A DNA stretch of 64,000 nucleotides, taken from contig OX597814.1 in assembly GCA_951406725.2 (NCBI GenBank), positions 10,726,001 to 10,790,000 on the forward strand, in the 5' to 3' direction. The notes beneath the pieces are model-generated. The model did no database searches and was not told the DNA's origin. It was given only the letters and a program-made list of their open reading frames with translations. The position numbers and the translations under genes were made by a program. Source of the DNA: Octopus vulgaris (lineage: Eukaryota). Positions 1-15,744 of this stretch are shown one piece after another (positions within the stretch are counted from its first letter, which is position 1; each line of letters starts with the position of its first letter).

Positions 1-1
1 A

Positions 2-38
<37 letters not shown>

Positions 39-42
39 ACAC

Positions 43-73
<31 letters not shown>

Positions 74-139
74 CACGTACATATATATAATATATCTGTG
101 AGTGCTGCGTATGCGTGAGCATGTATTTCTGTGTTTGTT

Positions 140-239
<100 letters not shown>

Positions 240-477
240 TAGGTAACAGCTTATATTTCAGAAAAAGGAAAAAAAAACAAAAGATGTATATTGAAGACAT
301 GTTCTAAGACACGTTTTTGTTACAAGCTCTACATGAAGGACTAATAATGAAATATGGCAAATCTGTAAAAAGAAAAATCGAAGCTAGAACACAACCTGCT
401 ACAAGGATATGTGTATGTGTATGTGTTCATGTGTGCGTGTGCGCATCTGTTACTTTATATGTGTGGATTTACGTGTA

Positions 478-522
<45 letters not shown>

Positions 523-1035
523 AATGATTGGAGTTTACGGTGACAGGAAGTTTGCCTTGCTTAGCGAAGTTTCAATTTCGTGGCTTGCTTCTGTCATATT
601 ATTTCAGAAAGATTTAGTTCTTTAGTTGTTGGTATAAAATTATATTTCTTATTGAGTTTTCTTGAATATGTATGTGTGTATGTGTGTGTGTGTGTATTTA
701 TATGTATGTATGTACCTATGTATGTATGTATGTATGTATGTATGTATGTATGTATGTATGTATGTATGTATGATATGGATTTGCATTTATGTTGGAACAC
801 AGTATAGTCTTTCAATCGCTATATATGTACATAACTGTTTGTGTTTGTTTGTCGTGTGTTCATGTACGATATATGAATGTGCATTTACATTTTTCATATA
901 CATATCTATACATAGAGTACCAATACATATACGTATGCGTGTATTATATACGTATATCTATGTACAAATATGTGTACACATGTGTATGTATATCTACCCA
1001 TATAAGTATATGTATATATATATACATTACATACG

Positions 1036-1076
<41 letters not shown>

Positions 1077-1710
1077 AGTGTGTAATCTAAATTTCGTAAT
1101 TTTATTCTCTGCATTTTTCCTTCTCGTTTACCAAGTTCATAAAGTCAAGAAGCCTTTTCACCTGTCATTAAGAATGTTCTAAGGCTGCGTCTGGGGGTAA
1201 ATCTATGAGGGCCACATTCATTGAAACACGTGCACGCATGCGCTCACACATAAACACACATATGCTTGTGTGTGTGTATATATATATTACTATATACATA
1301 CATACATACACGCACACTGGCATATATATACATACATGCGCATCATTCAACTACTTAACGGTAGGCGGCAGGCGATCTGCATTTCAGATGTCAAACTATC
1401 ACGCTCCGCTTGGCAGATAGCGTTACTTTGTGATCCTAAGCGGCCTAAACAACATGGCAGTTTCTTTCCAAAGGGATGATACCTCTCACGGTTTTCCTGT
1501 GACATTTAGTGGAAAGACGTCGGTCTAAATAGCCTTCAGGAATCGTGGGAGGAGGGCGGGGGACGGGGGGAGGGGGAAGTGGTAGGGGTGGTGGGAGGTG
1601 GGGTCTTGGTATCTTAGCTAGTTGCGCTCGCGATTCGAATATGAATTTTCCACGTCACGCCTCTTTCTTCTCGTTCGTTTATTCATTTGGATATCTTACG
1701 TACCGTCGCC

Positions 1711-1711
<1 letters not shown>

Positions 1712-1743
<32 letters not shown>

Positions 1744-1763
1744 TAATAATAATAATAATAATG

Positions 1764-1806
<43 letters not shown>

Positions 1807-1893
1807 TGATGATGACGAGGACGACGATGACGATGATGATGATGATGACGACGATGATGATAATGGTGATGATGATGATGACGATGATATAGC

Positions 1894-1937
<44 letters not shown>

Positions 1938-2351
1938 GTATTATTATTATTATTATAATTATTATTATTATTATTATTATTATGAGAAGAAGAAGAAGAA
2001 GAAGAAGAAGAAGAAGAAGAAGAAGAAGAAGAAGAAGAAGAAGAAGAAGAAGACGAAGAAGAAGAAGAAGAAGAAGAAGAAGAAGAAGAAGAAGAAGAAG
2101 AAGAAGAAGAAGAAGAAGAAGAAGAAGAAGAAGAAGAAGAAGGAAGAGAAGAAGAAGAAGAAGAAGAAGAAGAAGGAAGAGAAGAAGAAGAAGAAGAAGA
2201 AGAAGAAGAAGAAGAAGAAGAAGAAGAAGAAGAAGAAGAAGAAGAAGAAGAAGAAGAAGAAGAAGAAGAAGAAGAAGAAGAAAAAGAAGAAGAAGAAGAA
2301 GAAGAAGAAGAAGAAGAAGAAGAAGAAGAAGAAGAAGAAGAAGAAGAAGAA
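1712..2351. repeat. Compound trinucleotide microsatellite (TAA)n-(GAT/GAC)n-(TAA)n-(TTA)n-(GAA)n
   Basis: Directly visible; ends in a (GAA)n run from ~1985 to 2351. Explains the poly-N/D/I/R ORFs. Confidence 0.97.
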
Positions 2352-3111
2352 AGTATTCCAACAAAAATTATTGATGATGGTGGCAGTAGTAATAATAATA
2401 GCAACAACAATAATAATAATAAAAGCAATAACAAACAATTATAATGACTGAATATTTCGGTGACGGAAAGGACAAATAGCAATGGCAGTAGTTTTTGGTG
2501 TGTTAGTAGTAGTGGTGGTGGCGGCGGTGGCCGCCGTGGTTGTAGTTTTGTGGCTTCTTTGTTTTTTATATATATTTTAGTTTGTGATGGCATGACGCTT
2601 AGGTGTGGGACTGTGTATATAAATGAGAGTATGTGTAGTCGTATGAGGAATTGGTTGTGAAGCTGGCAGCAAAGACAAAGATTCGTTTGTTCAGTGGAGT
2701 TTATGCTGGGGTTTTTTTTTTCTTTCCGTCATTTTTATTTATTTATTATTATTATTTTTTTTTTTTTTTTTTTTTTTTTGATTTAATGTGTTTATATATG
2801 TTCGTTCGTACGATTCTTTGATTTTGTTTGCCGAGTGTTCTTTCACTTTACTCTAAACCCCCGCCCCCCCCCCCACTTCCTTCCTTCCTTATATCTTTCG
2901 TTTGTCCTGCTCCTCATCCTCATCCTCAACCTCCACCTCCCTCCCTCTCTTCTTCACGTTGTTTCGTTTATTTTATTATAATTCATCTTCCCCATCGTAT
3001 TATTTGTAAAAATAAATCATTATTTGTTTTGTAAGAAATGCTTATACATGTTTGCTTGCTTTTGTTTTTATTCTTAATTCTTCATTTTGTTCAACTGCCA
3101 GTGATTATTAT

Positions 3112-3585
<474 letters not shown>

Positions 3586-4929
3586 TTCCAATGCTAAATT
3601 TACCCAACGAGGATATGTGCATATGTGTGTGGTGTGTGTGTGCGCGTGTGTGTATGTATATATATATATATAATTACATATATGCATATATATATATATA
3701 TGTAAGTATGTATGTGTCTATATGTATATATATACATATATGTATCTATGTATAAAAACATGTACATATTCATATATATTTAAACGTCTCTCTCTCTCTC
3801 TCTATATATATATACACGTATACGCATACATATACACAAATATATGCATGTATGCATATATACATGTATCACATTATATATACATATGTATATGCATGTA
3901 TATATGTTTTTATATACGCATGTATGTATATATGTATTTATGCATGTATGTATGTATGTATGTATGTATGTATGTATGTATGTATGTATGTATGTATGTA
4001 TGTATATATGTATGTATATATGCATGTATGAATGTGTCTATGTATGCACCCATCTATGTGTTTGCTCATTTTACAAATTTTGTCTTCCACTCGATTGCTT
4101 TACGTCAATCAAGGTATGGCAAAATTAACGTTGTTCGCCTCTATTCCTTCTTCTTGCTTTTTTCTTATTTCATCATTTATTGTTCTCGTTATTGTCGTTG
4201 TTATTACTGCCTATCTTCCTTCCTTTCTTTCTCTAAGTCTTTCTTTTCATTTTCCTCAGTCTCTCTCTATATATTTTAACCTTTACTTTTCTAGTTCTTA
4301 TTAACCTTGTCTTCATTGCCGTCATTGAAGATGTTGTTGGTCTCTTCGGTGTGGCTGTTTTTGGTGTTGTTTTAAGCATGTGTTATTTTTTTTCTCTTTT
4401 TCTTCACAATTATAGATGTTCCCTTCCGTTTGTCTTTGAATTCTTTGCTTTCTTCCCCCCTCTCTTCTTAATCCTAATTGTTTTTCTTCTTGTTATCATT
4501 TTTGTTGTATGTATGTATATATATATATATATTTTTACATTTTATTTGTGATTTAACCAATAACAAACTATTTCGCGGTGAAGCACTTTACAGAAAAAAA
4601 GCCCATACCTTGTTTTTATCATTTATTTATTTATTTATTTTGTCCATTAAACTAACCCGTCTTCTTTGCTAAGAAGAGATTTTTTTCTTTTCATCTGTAT
4701 CTCTAATTATTATTTTTTCTTTTTGTTAATTATTATAATTTATTTTTATTATCATAATTTATTTTTTATAATACTTTTTATGTTTCTTTCATTTATATAT
4801 TAACTTTTTTACATTGAATTTTATTTATAATTATGCTGTTATTATTACTAGTATTGTTATTGCTATCATCATCGTCGTCGTCGTCATCGTCATCATCATC
4901 GTCATCATCATCATCATCATCATCATTAC

Positions 4930-6740
<1,811 letters not shown>

Positions 6741-6760
6741 TTATTATCATTATTATTATT

Positions 6761-7172
6761 CAGTAGTCATAATTTTATCCCGTGCTTTCACTGCACTACC
6801 GAGCGCAGCTCTGTGTGACTTAGGTATATGCTGTGGTTTGTTGCGGTGCTCCTATTTTCACAGTATTGAAAGTGTTTTACGTAGAATGTGTGCGGTTTCT
6901 AGTAGTGCTATTTTCTGTATGTAATATATATTTGTAAATCCTGATGTTTTTGCTATATATTTGTCTGAAAGTCTTTTTATCATACCTAATGCGCCTACTA
7001 TGATAGGAATTGCTTCTGTTTTTAGAATCCACATTCGAGTTACCTCTATTTCCAGATTTTTGTGTTTTAAAAGTTTTTCCGTTTCTTTTAGAGAAACATT
7101 GTCATCTTTTGGTATTGATACATCGATTAGAAACCATTGCTTTCCTTGTGATCTCTGGCAACTATATCCAGC
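6761..7172 (-). mobile_element. R4/Dong-type LINE 3' end (RLE domain plus 3'UTR)
   Basis: WFLIDVSIPKDDNVSLKETEKLLKHKNLEIEVTRMW..IPIIVGALG..IQKIALLETAHILRKTL*, followed by a TAA-type tail at 6741-6760. Confidence 0.88.
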
Positions 7173-7224
7173 CTATTATTATTATTGTTGTTGTTGATGT
7201 TGTTATTATCATTATTATTTTATT

Positions 7225-7615
7225 GTTTTTGCACAGCTTCTAACGCTGGAGATGTACTATGGTGTCAGCTGTTCACTACCAGTTAACTAAAGTAACACCC
7301 CTTATTTTTCGAGCAACATCCGGAGTATTCAAGCGGTTCCAAGCAGTACTGTTTTCTGCAAGTGCCAGTGGTCCACCCTTATTGCAACCACTATTTGGTC
7401 CATGTACTTCTCAAAATTTTTACTCACTGTTCCCAGGACTTTGTCAATTATTGGTACTACTACCACCTTTTTCATCGATCAAAACTGCTTAACCTCCCAA
7501 GCTAACCTGTCATATCTATCGACTTTTCTTTCTTCCTTATCGCATACCTTGTTATTAGCTGGGAATGCTATATCTATGATCCAGCATCGTTTGTTTTCTT
7601 TCTCAATTAACACTA
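7225..7615 (-). mobile_element. R4/Dong-type LINE 3' end, third family
   Basis: IEKENKRCWIIDIAFPANNKVCDKEERKVDRYDRLAWEVK..HLQKTVLLGTA*ILRMLLEK*; TAA/CAA tail at 7173-7224. Confidence 0.85.
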
Positions 7616-7645
7616 ACATCATCATCATCCTCATCATCATTATTA

Positions 7646-7880
7646 TTTTATGTTTGACTATTGGTTTGCATTTGTACAAGTTGGCGCCAAGTCTCACCCA
7701 GTGACCTCAAGAGACAGAAAGCTAGAAGTTCATGTTGGTGTTATGCCTAGGTGCCATATATTTCGTTTTGTACATAGTATTGTTGCAGAGAATGTTTAAG
7801 AAACCATGAGGAAATTATAAATTTATTTTAAAATTTGAGCTTACATAGACAGTATTTTACGTAGGATATGGCAGTTCCAA
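7646..7880 (-). mobile_element. R4/Dong-type LINE extreme 3' end, fourth family
   Basis: Reverse complement begins GGAACTGC-CATATCCTACGTAAAATACTGTCTATGTAA = GTAHILRKILSM* with a 1-nt deletion; 3'UTR then TAA/TGA tail. Confidence 0.7.
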
Positions 7881-9080
7881 TATTATTGTTGTTGTTCTTG
7901 TAGTAGTAGTAGTTGTTGTTGTTGTTATTGTTATTATTGTTATTATTTTTATTTTACTGATGTTATTGTAATAATGGTGATTTTCTGCAGAGGTCAGTTA
8001 CACAGCTTTATACAAAGAAGGTGGATTTTTATTTTAAATTACCAATACCGTCTTCTCTGTTATGCAAAGTATGTCACTTTCACCAACTTCCCTGCAAACG
8101 TCCCTGCCACCAGCAAAACCAGCACCACCGCCACTACCATCCAGACTCGTCAGAACCAGTAACACCATCGATAATGTTATAACCATCACCATCACTAGCA
8201 CCAAATACCAGCACTACTATAATGCCACAGCCTATACCGTCAAACCAACAACAACAACACCAGCAACAACACTACTATTACCGTCACCGTTAACGTCATC
8301 AATACTACTATTTAACTATCACCACTAACACCCTCACCTCTAATGACGACCACTAAAAGTAAACACCACCACCACCACCATCATCTGCAGCAGGATTACG
8401 ATCACAACAACATCAGCAACAACATCACTATCAATACAGCCAGCATCACCATAGCCAGCTCAATCATTAGAACCACCATAATAGCAATCACTGCCATCAT
8501 CATCCTCTTCCCCTACTTATCCTCCTCACCTGCCATCGCAAATCTATTGTCTTTGTTTGGGCTCGATAGACCGACTAGAAACAGCAGCCAAATACCCTTA
8601 ATACACCCGAAATGAAGAGCATTTTTCGTTTTTAGTCAAGAGGAATTGCATAACCCTTATTCTTTTTCAGGGTCGTTGAGACAAGTGGGAAGGAGAAAAG
8701 AAAGTTCAGATGGGACCGTGGCCAGCAATGTTTGCGATGGAGAGGATTTCATTAAGAGTACTTAAGGACCAGTAGGTAGTGTCCAGACAAACCACGGATT
8801 ATTGCGTAATATAATCCAAGATACACTATGCCTTGAAAATAAAAGAAGAATAGGGTGATCAAGATTTGAACGCCTTTGGTAGCTAAACAAAATCAACGTC
8901 ATTACCATTATCATCTTCATCGTCAACAGTATCAACAGCGATAACCATAACTGTAATCATCACTTTCAATATACCAAAACTAATGCAGAAACAGAGAACA
9001 GCAGGTGAGAAATCCAGAACCATAGCAACCCTCACCAGGTAACAGAGAAAACCTCATCTCTCCACACACACACGCTGTAG

Positions 9081-9113
<33 letters not shown>

Positions 9114-9114
<1 letters not shown>

Positions 9115-9521
9115 TAGCAATATCGCCCGGCGTTGCTCGGGTCTGTTTCGACCCTTTAGAATTGGAATTTTTGAAAAGTATAAATTTTGCATTATGTACC
9201 TTGTTATTCTCTTTAAGTGAACATTTTTCTGGTTGAAATACACCGAAAAAGAACGACACAGCAGTGAAAAGATCGTAAAAAATAGGGATTTTCATAGAAA
9301 AAAAAGCACCTTTTTGATGTAAATAATTTTTCGTGTTAACATGGTCCGATTTGAATTTTTTCTTCTACGGAAGGAAGAGTAAGCCTTCTTCTATCATACT
9401 CTCAATTTTGGTCAACTTGCGCCGCAGGGTCTCGGAGGAGATAGTGTTAGTTGAAGACTACCAAATCTGCCATACACAGACAACTTCACCTTTATATATA
9501 TATATATATATATATATAAGA
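9114..9521 (-). mobile_element. Non-autonomous Helitron
   Basis: Minus strand ends in hairpin CCCGAGCAACGCCGGG plus CTAG followed by T; TC..TATATAAAGGTGAAGTTGT 5' end; termini shared with the 39278 and 60606 copies. Confidence 0.75.
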
Positions 9522-9682
9522 AACTTCCTATTCCACTGCTTTATTTATCGTAATCCAAATGGTGAACACATAGGTGACCTCCGTGGGGTTCGAACTAAGA
9601 GAGCAGAAAGTCGGACCATCGAGTAAACCGATGCTCTGACAGTTTTGTCAATTCACCGCCTTTGTCACTACTACCACCACTG

Positions 9683-9717
<35 letters not shown>

Positions 9718-10461
9718 TACAGAGACACACATATATATGTACACATACATACACGTACATAAATACGCATACACACACAAACAAACACACATATTCTAAG
9801 ATATATTATTGCACACTTACACATACCACCCTCCATTTTTTCGGAAGATTGCACAGTCATTATAATCATGTTTAAGCCGTAATCCACAAAGAGCGCATCA
9901 TCTCACTTGAAAGTACAAAAAGAGACGATGGAAGTGAAATTTAAGAAAGAAATAATTTAAAATGCTTTAGAGAAGCTAATATTGAAATAGAGAATTTTAA
10001 ATGAGAGAATCAATTCGTTCTAATTTGAAAGAATTTAAGAGACAAGATCAAAATATATAAGAAAGGAAAAGAATAAAAATGAGATTTGATTTAAAGCTGT
10101 TTAAATTTCCATTCTTCAGCTAAGAGATTTGAAAGGTAAGATCAGCGGATAGATGGATAGATAGATGGATAGATAGATAGATAGATAGATACGTACATAT
10201 ATACGTACTTAAATACGTACAACAGAGTTGTATACGTATATTCATACGTGCATATAACAATTATACGTATGTGAGGAATTACATCTGTGTGTTTATACAT
10301 ACACATATGCAGAGAGAGAGAGAGAGAGGGAGAGAAAGAGAAAGAGAGGGGGAAGAGAGAGAAATAAATACATTCGTATAGGCACATATATATTTACATA
10401 CATATATAAATGTATAGATTGTACACACACACACACACATATATATATATGTGTGTGTATG

Positions 10462-10492
<31 letters not shown>

Positions 10493-10789
10493 GTATGTAT
10501 GTATGCGTGTTTACATTCATGCATCTGTTCACACGCACGTATAGATTTTTGCATAGACATTGACACATACACACATATATACATGCATACATGCATACAT
10601 ACATATATACATTAATTGTTTGACAGAAACACTATTGGCTTTTAGTTAAAAACCAATTGAAAGATAAATAAATTGAAAAATAGATATTTTTTCCTTAACT
10701 AGACAGATACAGTGATAGAGAGATATAGATGTAAACTGACTGATAAATGCAAAATTAGATAAAATTAGAAATACTTATATATAGGTAAA

Positions 10790-10856
<67 letters not shown>

Positions 10857-10857
<1 letters not shown>

Positions 10858-11211
10858 AAGGAAATGAAGAAAATGCTGACAAAATAATTTAAGTAATTTA
10901 AGTAATTTAATTAGGTGAAAGTTCTTTTTACCGGTTGCGCATTTGTTATGCTTATCAAAAGATATTTTTTTAAGAGAGATAGAGTTCCTTTCTGATTTTT
11001 TTCCCTCTTATCTGGAAAAGAGGAAGAAAATCTATCAGAAAGGAACTCTATCTCTCTTAAAAATATATCTTTTGATAAGCATAACAAATGCGCAACCGGT
11101 AAAAAGAACTTCCACCTAATTAAATTACTTAAATTACTTAAATTATTTTGTAAGCATTTTCTTCATTTCCTTTTTTTATATATCACAACTCGTGTTCCAC
11201 ATCTCCTTTTT

Positions 11212-11215
<4 letters not shown>
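10857..11215 (+). mobile_element. (TA)n-embedded fold-back element (Penelope-like pLTR inverted repeat), family F1
   Basis: Arms ~10857-10996 and 11034-11173 are near-perfect reverse complements, with an unpaired ~40-nt tail; (TA)n on both sides; second copy at 19535. Confidence 0.75.
11068..11107 (+). ncRNA. Hammerhead-like motif with variant core (U3-A8, C13)
   Basis: TCTT-TTGATAA-GCAT(AACAA)ATGC-GCAA-CCG-GTA-AAAAGA; identical antisense copies at 10923-10962 and 19603-19642. Stem I is weak. Confidence 0.45.
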
Positions 11216-11252
<37 letters not shown>

Positions 11253-11319
11253 TTATATACAGAGAGAGAGGAGGGGAGATAGATAAATAAATAAATAGTA
11301 AGTGATAGTAATTATTTTT

Positions 11320-11490
11320 TTATTGCCCACAGGGGGTGGGATAAACGTAGAAGGGATAAACAAGGAAAAAGCGATTAAGTCGATTACATCGATCTCAGTG
11401 CGTTACTGGTACTTATTCAATCAATCCCGAAAGGATGAAAGGTAAAGTCGATCTCGGCGGAATTTGAACTTAGAACATAACGGCAGAGGC
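11320..11490 (-). mobile_element. SINE family B fragment
   Basis: Matches the reverse complement of GTTCAAATTCCGCCGAG..CCTTTCATCCTTTCGGG..AAGTACCAG. Confidence 0.8.
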
Positions 11491-11599
11491 TCAACATCGA
11501 TCCAAAATGCCTTTGACAGTGTGCTCAGTTACGTATGTAATTTAATAGAAGTGAATCCAACATGATGTTTTGATATATACTAAAATAACTAGACCTCAG

Positions 11600-12090
11600 T
11601 GGGTTTCGTCAGGTTGTCTTTTCCGAGAAACACAATCCTGTACAGAAGTTTTCTTCAAACATCAACGTTGGATAAGTTTTATCAACAAAATGCTTTGGTC
11701 AGCTTTGTCAAAGACCCTGCAGTTGTGACATTACATGTTATCTGCCTGTAAGCCTAAGACATTAAAAACAATCTTCAATATTGTTTAGAAATCGCGTTCT
11801 GTGATTTCTACAATGAATGTCATGATAGTTGGGTTAGTTAGGATAGCTGGTATTCAAGAGATGACTCTTCTGGAACTCCTATATTCTGGATTTTACTGCC
11901 ATATTTTAATGATATGAGAAGTAAGATCGGATGATAGTTTATTGTATTTGCTTTAGGAAACGTGAATTACAAACTGGGGAAAATATTCAGGTCTATTGTA
12001 TGCTTCTAGCTATTTTCTCCAGGAATTAGTTCGGGGAGAATCAAATTGATATCGGCATTCATTCATTACAATTTTAATAATTTCACCCTT
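11600..12090 (-). mobile_element. Highly decayed CR1/L2-like RT fragment
   Basis: Reverse complement near 11712-11665 reads FDKADQSILLIKL (compare AFDKVDHxILLxKL); only weak traces of upstream motifs. Confidence 0.4.
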
Positions 12091-13017
12091 AATACCACTG
12101 ACCCAGGTGGACAGTTCGAATGGCTTCAGCCCAAAACAGAGAAAAGGTGCTACTAATGGCTCATGTCTCCCGGCGTTTTCGAGAGACGTGCAGTCCTACA
12201 ATGGATGCGACCAAACTTTAACAAGCAATTAGTGGACGTCCTGTCTAACGACTCCGACACTGTCGACATGCAGATCTATGGACACGAGCACACAGAATCC
12301 TTCAAGTTGTTGTATAAAGATGGTGTCGTTGCATCAGTAATACTGATGGCTCCTGCAGTGACTCAAATGAACAGCACTTTGCCTAGTGTCGGGCCGAACA
12401 ACCCGGATGTCAGGCTCTAGCACTACAACCGAACGAGTCACCGACTGCTCACCTACCACCAGTACTACTTGAACCTGTTGAACATCCGTCCCGGAGTGAA
12501 CCGCGCCGTCTGGCAGCTCGAATACTGTGCGTTGGAAGACCTCCTCCTCCTCAACAACTTCTCCGCTCCGGCCTTCTTCCAATTTGTTTCTGGCTTCCCC
12601 TTCAACAAGACATCTGCTTTCCGGCATTACCTGCGCTATAACACCGTGTCGTACCAAAAAGATCCGATAACAAATCAGTGCACACTGGCCGAGTAGGTTT
12701 GTGTCATGGTGCACCCAAACGTGCACGGTTACATGCACTGCGCGGCACTCCTAAGCCAGGGTAAGCTCAACATCGATAATGCAGCGGTTACTTTCGACGG
12801 CATCTCGTCTGCTCCGCCCATGCCCTTCTCACCGAACTACAGCTTCTCATTAGCTGCTCAGCCGAGAGGGTCCGTTCACATTTACGTCTACTACATCGTC
12901 GCTGTGTGTAGCATGTGTCTGTTTCTTGCTTTTGTTATCCTTGCTGTGCTTCGGGACCGATACACTGCCACCCCGTATCTTTCGTTTAGGTATCACCCCC
13001 TAACTAATAGGAATTAG
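12091..13017 (+). pseudogene. SMPDL3: 5'-truncated intronless pseudogene of an acid sphingomyelinase-like phosphodiesterase 3 (SMPDL3A/B family)
   Basis: DPGGQFEWL / EKVLLMAHV / PGVFE..GHEHTESFK..MAPAVT..NNPDVRL*..YHQYYLNL..WQLEY..RYNTVSY..C..C, then a TM segment. Frameshifts around 12130-12168; in-frame TAG at 12418-20 and 12694-96; the three annotated ORFs share one frame; more GC-rich than the flanks. Confidence 0.9.
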
Positions 13018-13453
13018 ATCAACTTCACCACAAATTTGTTGTCATCTGTTGAAGGAAGACTTCACACTGGCACAAGAATTAGCAAAAATTTAATTTAGGC
13101 CTGCTGCCGAGTAATTTCCAATTCTAATTTTTATTTTTGCTGCTATAATGTGCAATATGGCGAAAGTTATGTCACGGATTTATGTTTGAGCTTAAGCTGG
13201 TCTACGCTGATACCATCGAAGACAACTTCATCAAGCCCACTGACGACGGGACAGTATCGTTTCTGGAGAATATTCCATTTTAGGTGAGGGAGATGTTTGT
13301 GTAGGGGTCGTAATTTTTGATAAATAAAAAAACAGTTGAATTATGCTTATGTGTGTCGCTCTGTGTGTGTGTGTGCATGAATACATGTATATATGTGTAT
13401 ATATATATATATGAATATATATATATATTCACATATATATACATATGAATATA

Positions 13454-13502
<49 letters not shown>

Positions 13503-13818
13503 TAATATATATATTCACATATATATATATATATATGATATATATATATATATATATATATTCACATAGATATGTGTATATATATATATATGTATGTATA
13601 TATATACACGATTAGAGGTTGTGTTAACCTCATGAAGGGATAGTTTCTTCCAAGGAAATACTAGTTCAATACCTAGTATTTTTGGGAATTAATTTCTGTC
13701 CTTTAAATAATAGGTAAATATATATATATATATATAAACATATTCATATAAAAGAAGAAAAAGAAATGGGGAGTGGGAAGTTAATGATTGTTTATCATTA
13801 ACAACAAATTTATCAGCA

Positions 13819-13885
13819 CCCCTTACAGATGTATATTAAGTAAATATAAAATTTATATGACCTGTGCATAATATCTTCAGATGGG
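13819..13885 (-). ncRNA. Degenerate hammerhead candidate in a (TA)n-flanked element
   Basis: CCCAT-CTGAAGA-TATTA..TAATA-[TAC instead of GAAAC]-ATCT-GTA-AGGGG; stems I and II recognisable, GAAA box broken. Confidence 0.35.
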
Positions 13886-13942
13886 AAAAATACACCCTTG
13901 AATGTTTTATATTTGTTTATGGATTCTTTATAGAAGACCATC

Positions 13943-14010
<68 letters not shown>

Positions 14011-14090
14011 GGGTAGAAACAAGGGAAATGCCACTTGTATTTGAAAACTATGCAAAAAACTTTCGTTTTAAATTTTCCCAAACTCAATTG

Positions 14091-14138
14091 TTTTCCATAC
14101 TGTTGAAAAAGTCTCAATGTCTGAAACCAGTACTGAAA
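14091..14138 (+). ncRNA. Degenerate hammerhead candidate in a (TA)n-flanked element
   Basis: CTGTTGA..AGTCTCAATGTCT-GAAAC-CA-GTA-CTGAAA; core boxes in correct order and spacing but mutated. Confidence 0.3.
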
Positions 14139-14450
14139 TGTTTTTTATAAAATTATTTTAGCATTTTCTACCTTGACTTGTTTTTCCATATATACATATA
14201 TATATATATGTGTGTGTGTGTATAGACTTATGCCATGACCGCTTAGCTTCCCGAAAACTTCGAAGTCACCGTCAGTACAATTATTCTTGTTAAATAATAT
14301 AAATTTGTGCTCTAACAAACGTATTGAGTAATCCTTCAAATTAATGTAAAATGGTTTTTATCATAGCACAAAAGCAAACATCAGTATATGTATATATATG
14401 TATATTTACATACCAAGCTGTCTGTCTATCTGTCTATCTCTCCACCTTCA

Positions 14451-14582
<132 letters not shown>

Positions 14583-15403
14583 CGTGCGTGTTCTACGCCC
14601 ACGAAACTATAGGTTATGTGAAACTAAGGCAGCTTACACAGACACACACACACACACTCCACAACACACACACATACACAGACACACACACACACACACA
14701 CATACAGACATACACAGACACACACACACACACACATACACACACACACACAAACACATACACGCAAGCGGTTCTGTCTACATTTCTGAATGTATATATG
14801 ATTGTATGCATATATAAGTGCCCATATGTGACAATACGCCCCGTGTATAATCATACGTACATGCATTTAGATAAGTCTATACAGGCGTATACCGTATACC
14901 GTATACCAAGTGCTTGCCTATTCAGAAGTCACACACACACACACACACATACATATACATACACAGACACACACCCATTCTCACAGGCACACATACACAC
15001 GCACTCTCGCACGCGCACAGTCCCGTTTTCACACACAAACACACAATTAGCCCTCTGCCCTTTCCCACCTTGCCAAAATAATTAAACACTTATGTATATG
15101 AAAAGAAAATGTGTGCAGGAGAATTACATGCATAACTATATGTGAATAAAAGGAGGAGAACGCGTGCTGCTTGGTGAGTGTTTGTTTACAGAAACGATCT
15201 CACCTCAGGGCATCTATATAAATAAATGGGCTTTCATCTGTCTTCCTTGATGGGGAATACACTTGACTACGGAAAAAGAGAGGGCTGATTTTGCTTTTCT
15301 TTTTTAACTATTCTTACACATTTTTTTAATATTGATTCATCTCTACTTTCGCACACACTCACACACATGCATGTATATACGTGTACATATATATATCTAT
15401 ATA

Positions 15404-15483
<80 letters not shown>

Positions 15484-15543
15484 TATGTGTATACATATAT
15501 ATATATATTTGTATATATACATATACACACATATATATATATT

Positions 15544-15629
<86 letters not shown>

Positions 15630-15710
15630 CACATATATATCTGTATATATATGTGTACATATATATACATATATAAATACGTATATATATATATATATAT
15701 ATATATTAAT

Positions 15711-15744
<34 letters not shown>

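Noticed and set aside
1546-1604. G-rich tract with G-quadruplex potential
   Set aside because: Low-complexity run with no supporting context.
10857-11215. Fold-backs as MITEs or pre-miRNAs
   Set aside because: Asymmetric tails, copy-specific centres and embedded hammerhead motifs do not fit TIR-bounded MITEs, and nothing in the sequence supports miRNA processing.
12418-12696. Both internal stops of the SMPDL3 relic are TAG, which A-to-I editing could recode to Trp
   Set aside because: Frameshifts at ~12130-12168 and loss of the N-terminal metal-binding motifs already kill the gene, and the expected residues look like Tyr and Gln, not Trp.
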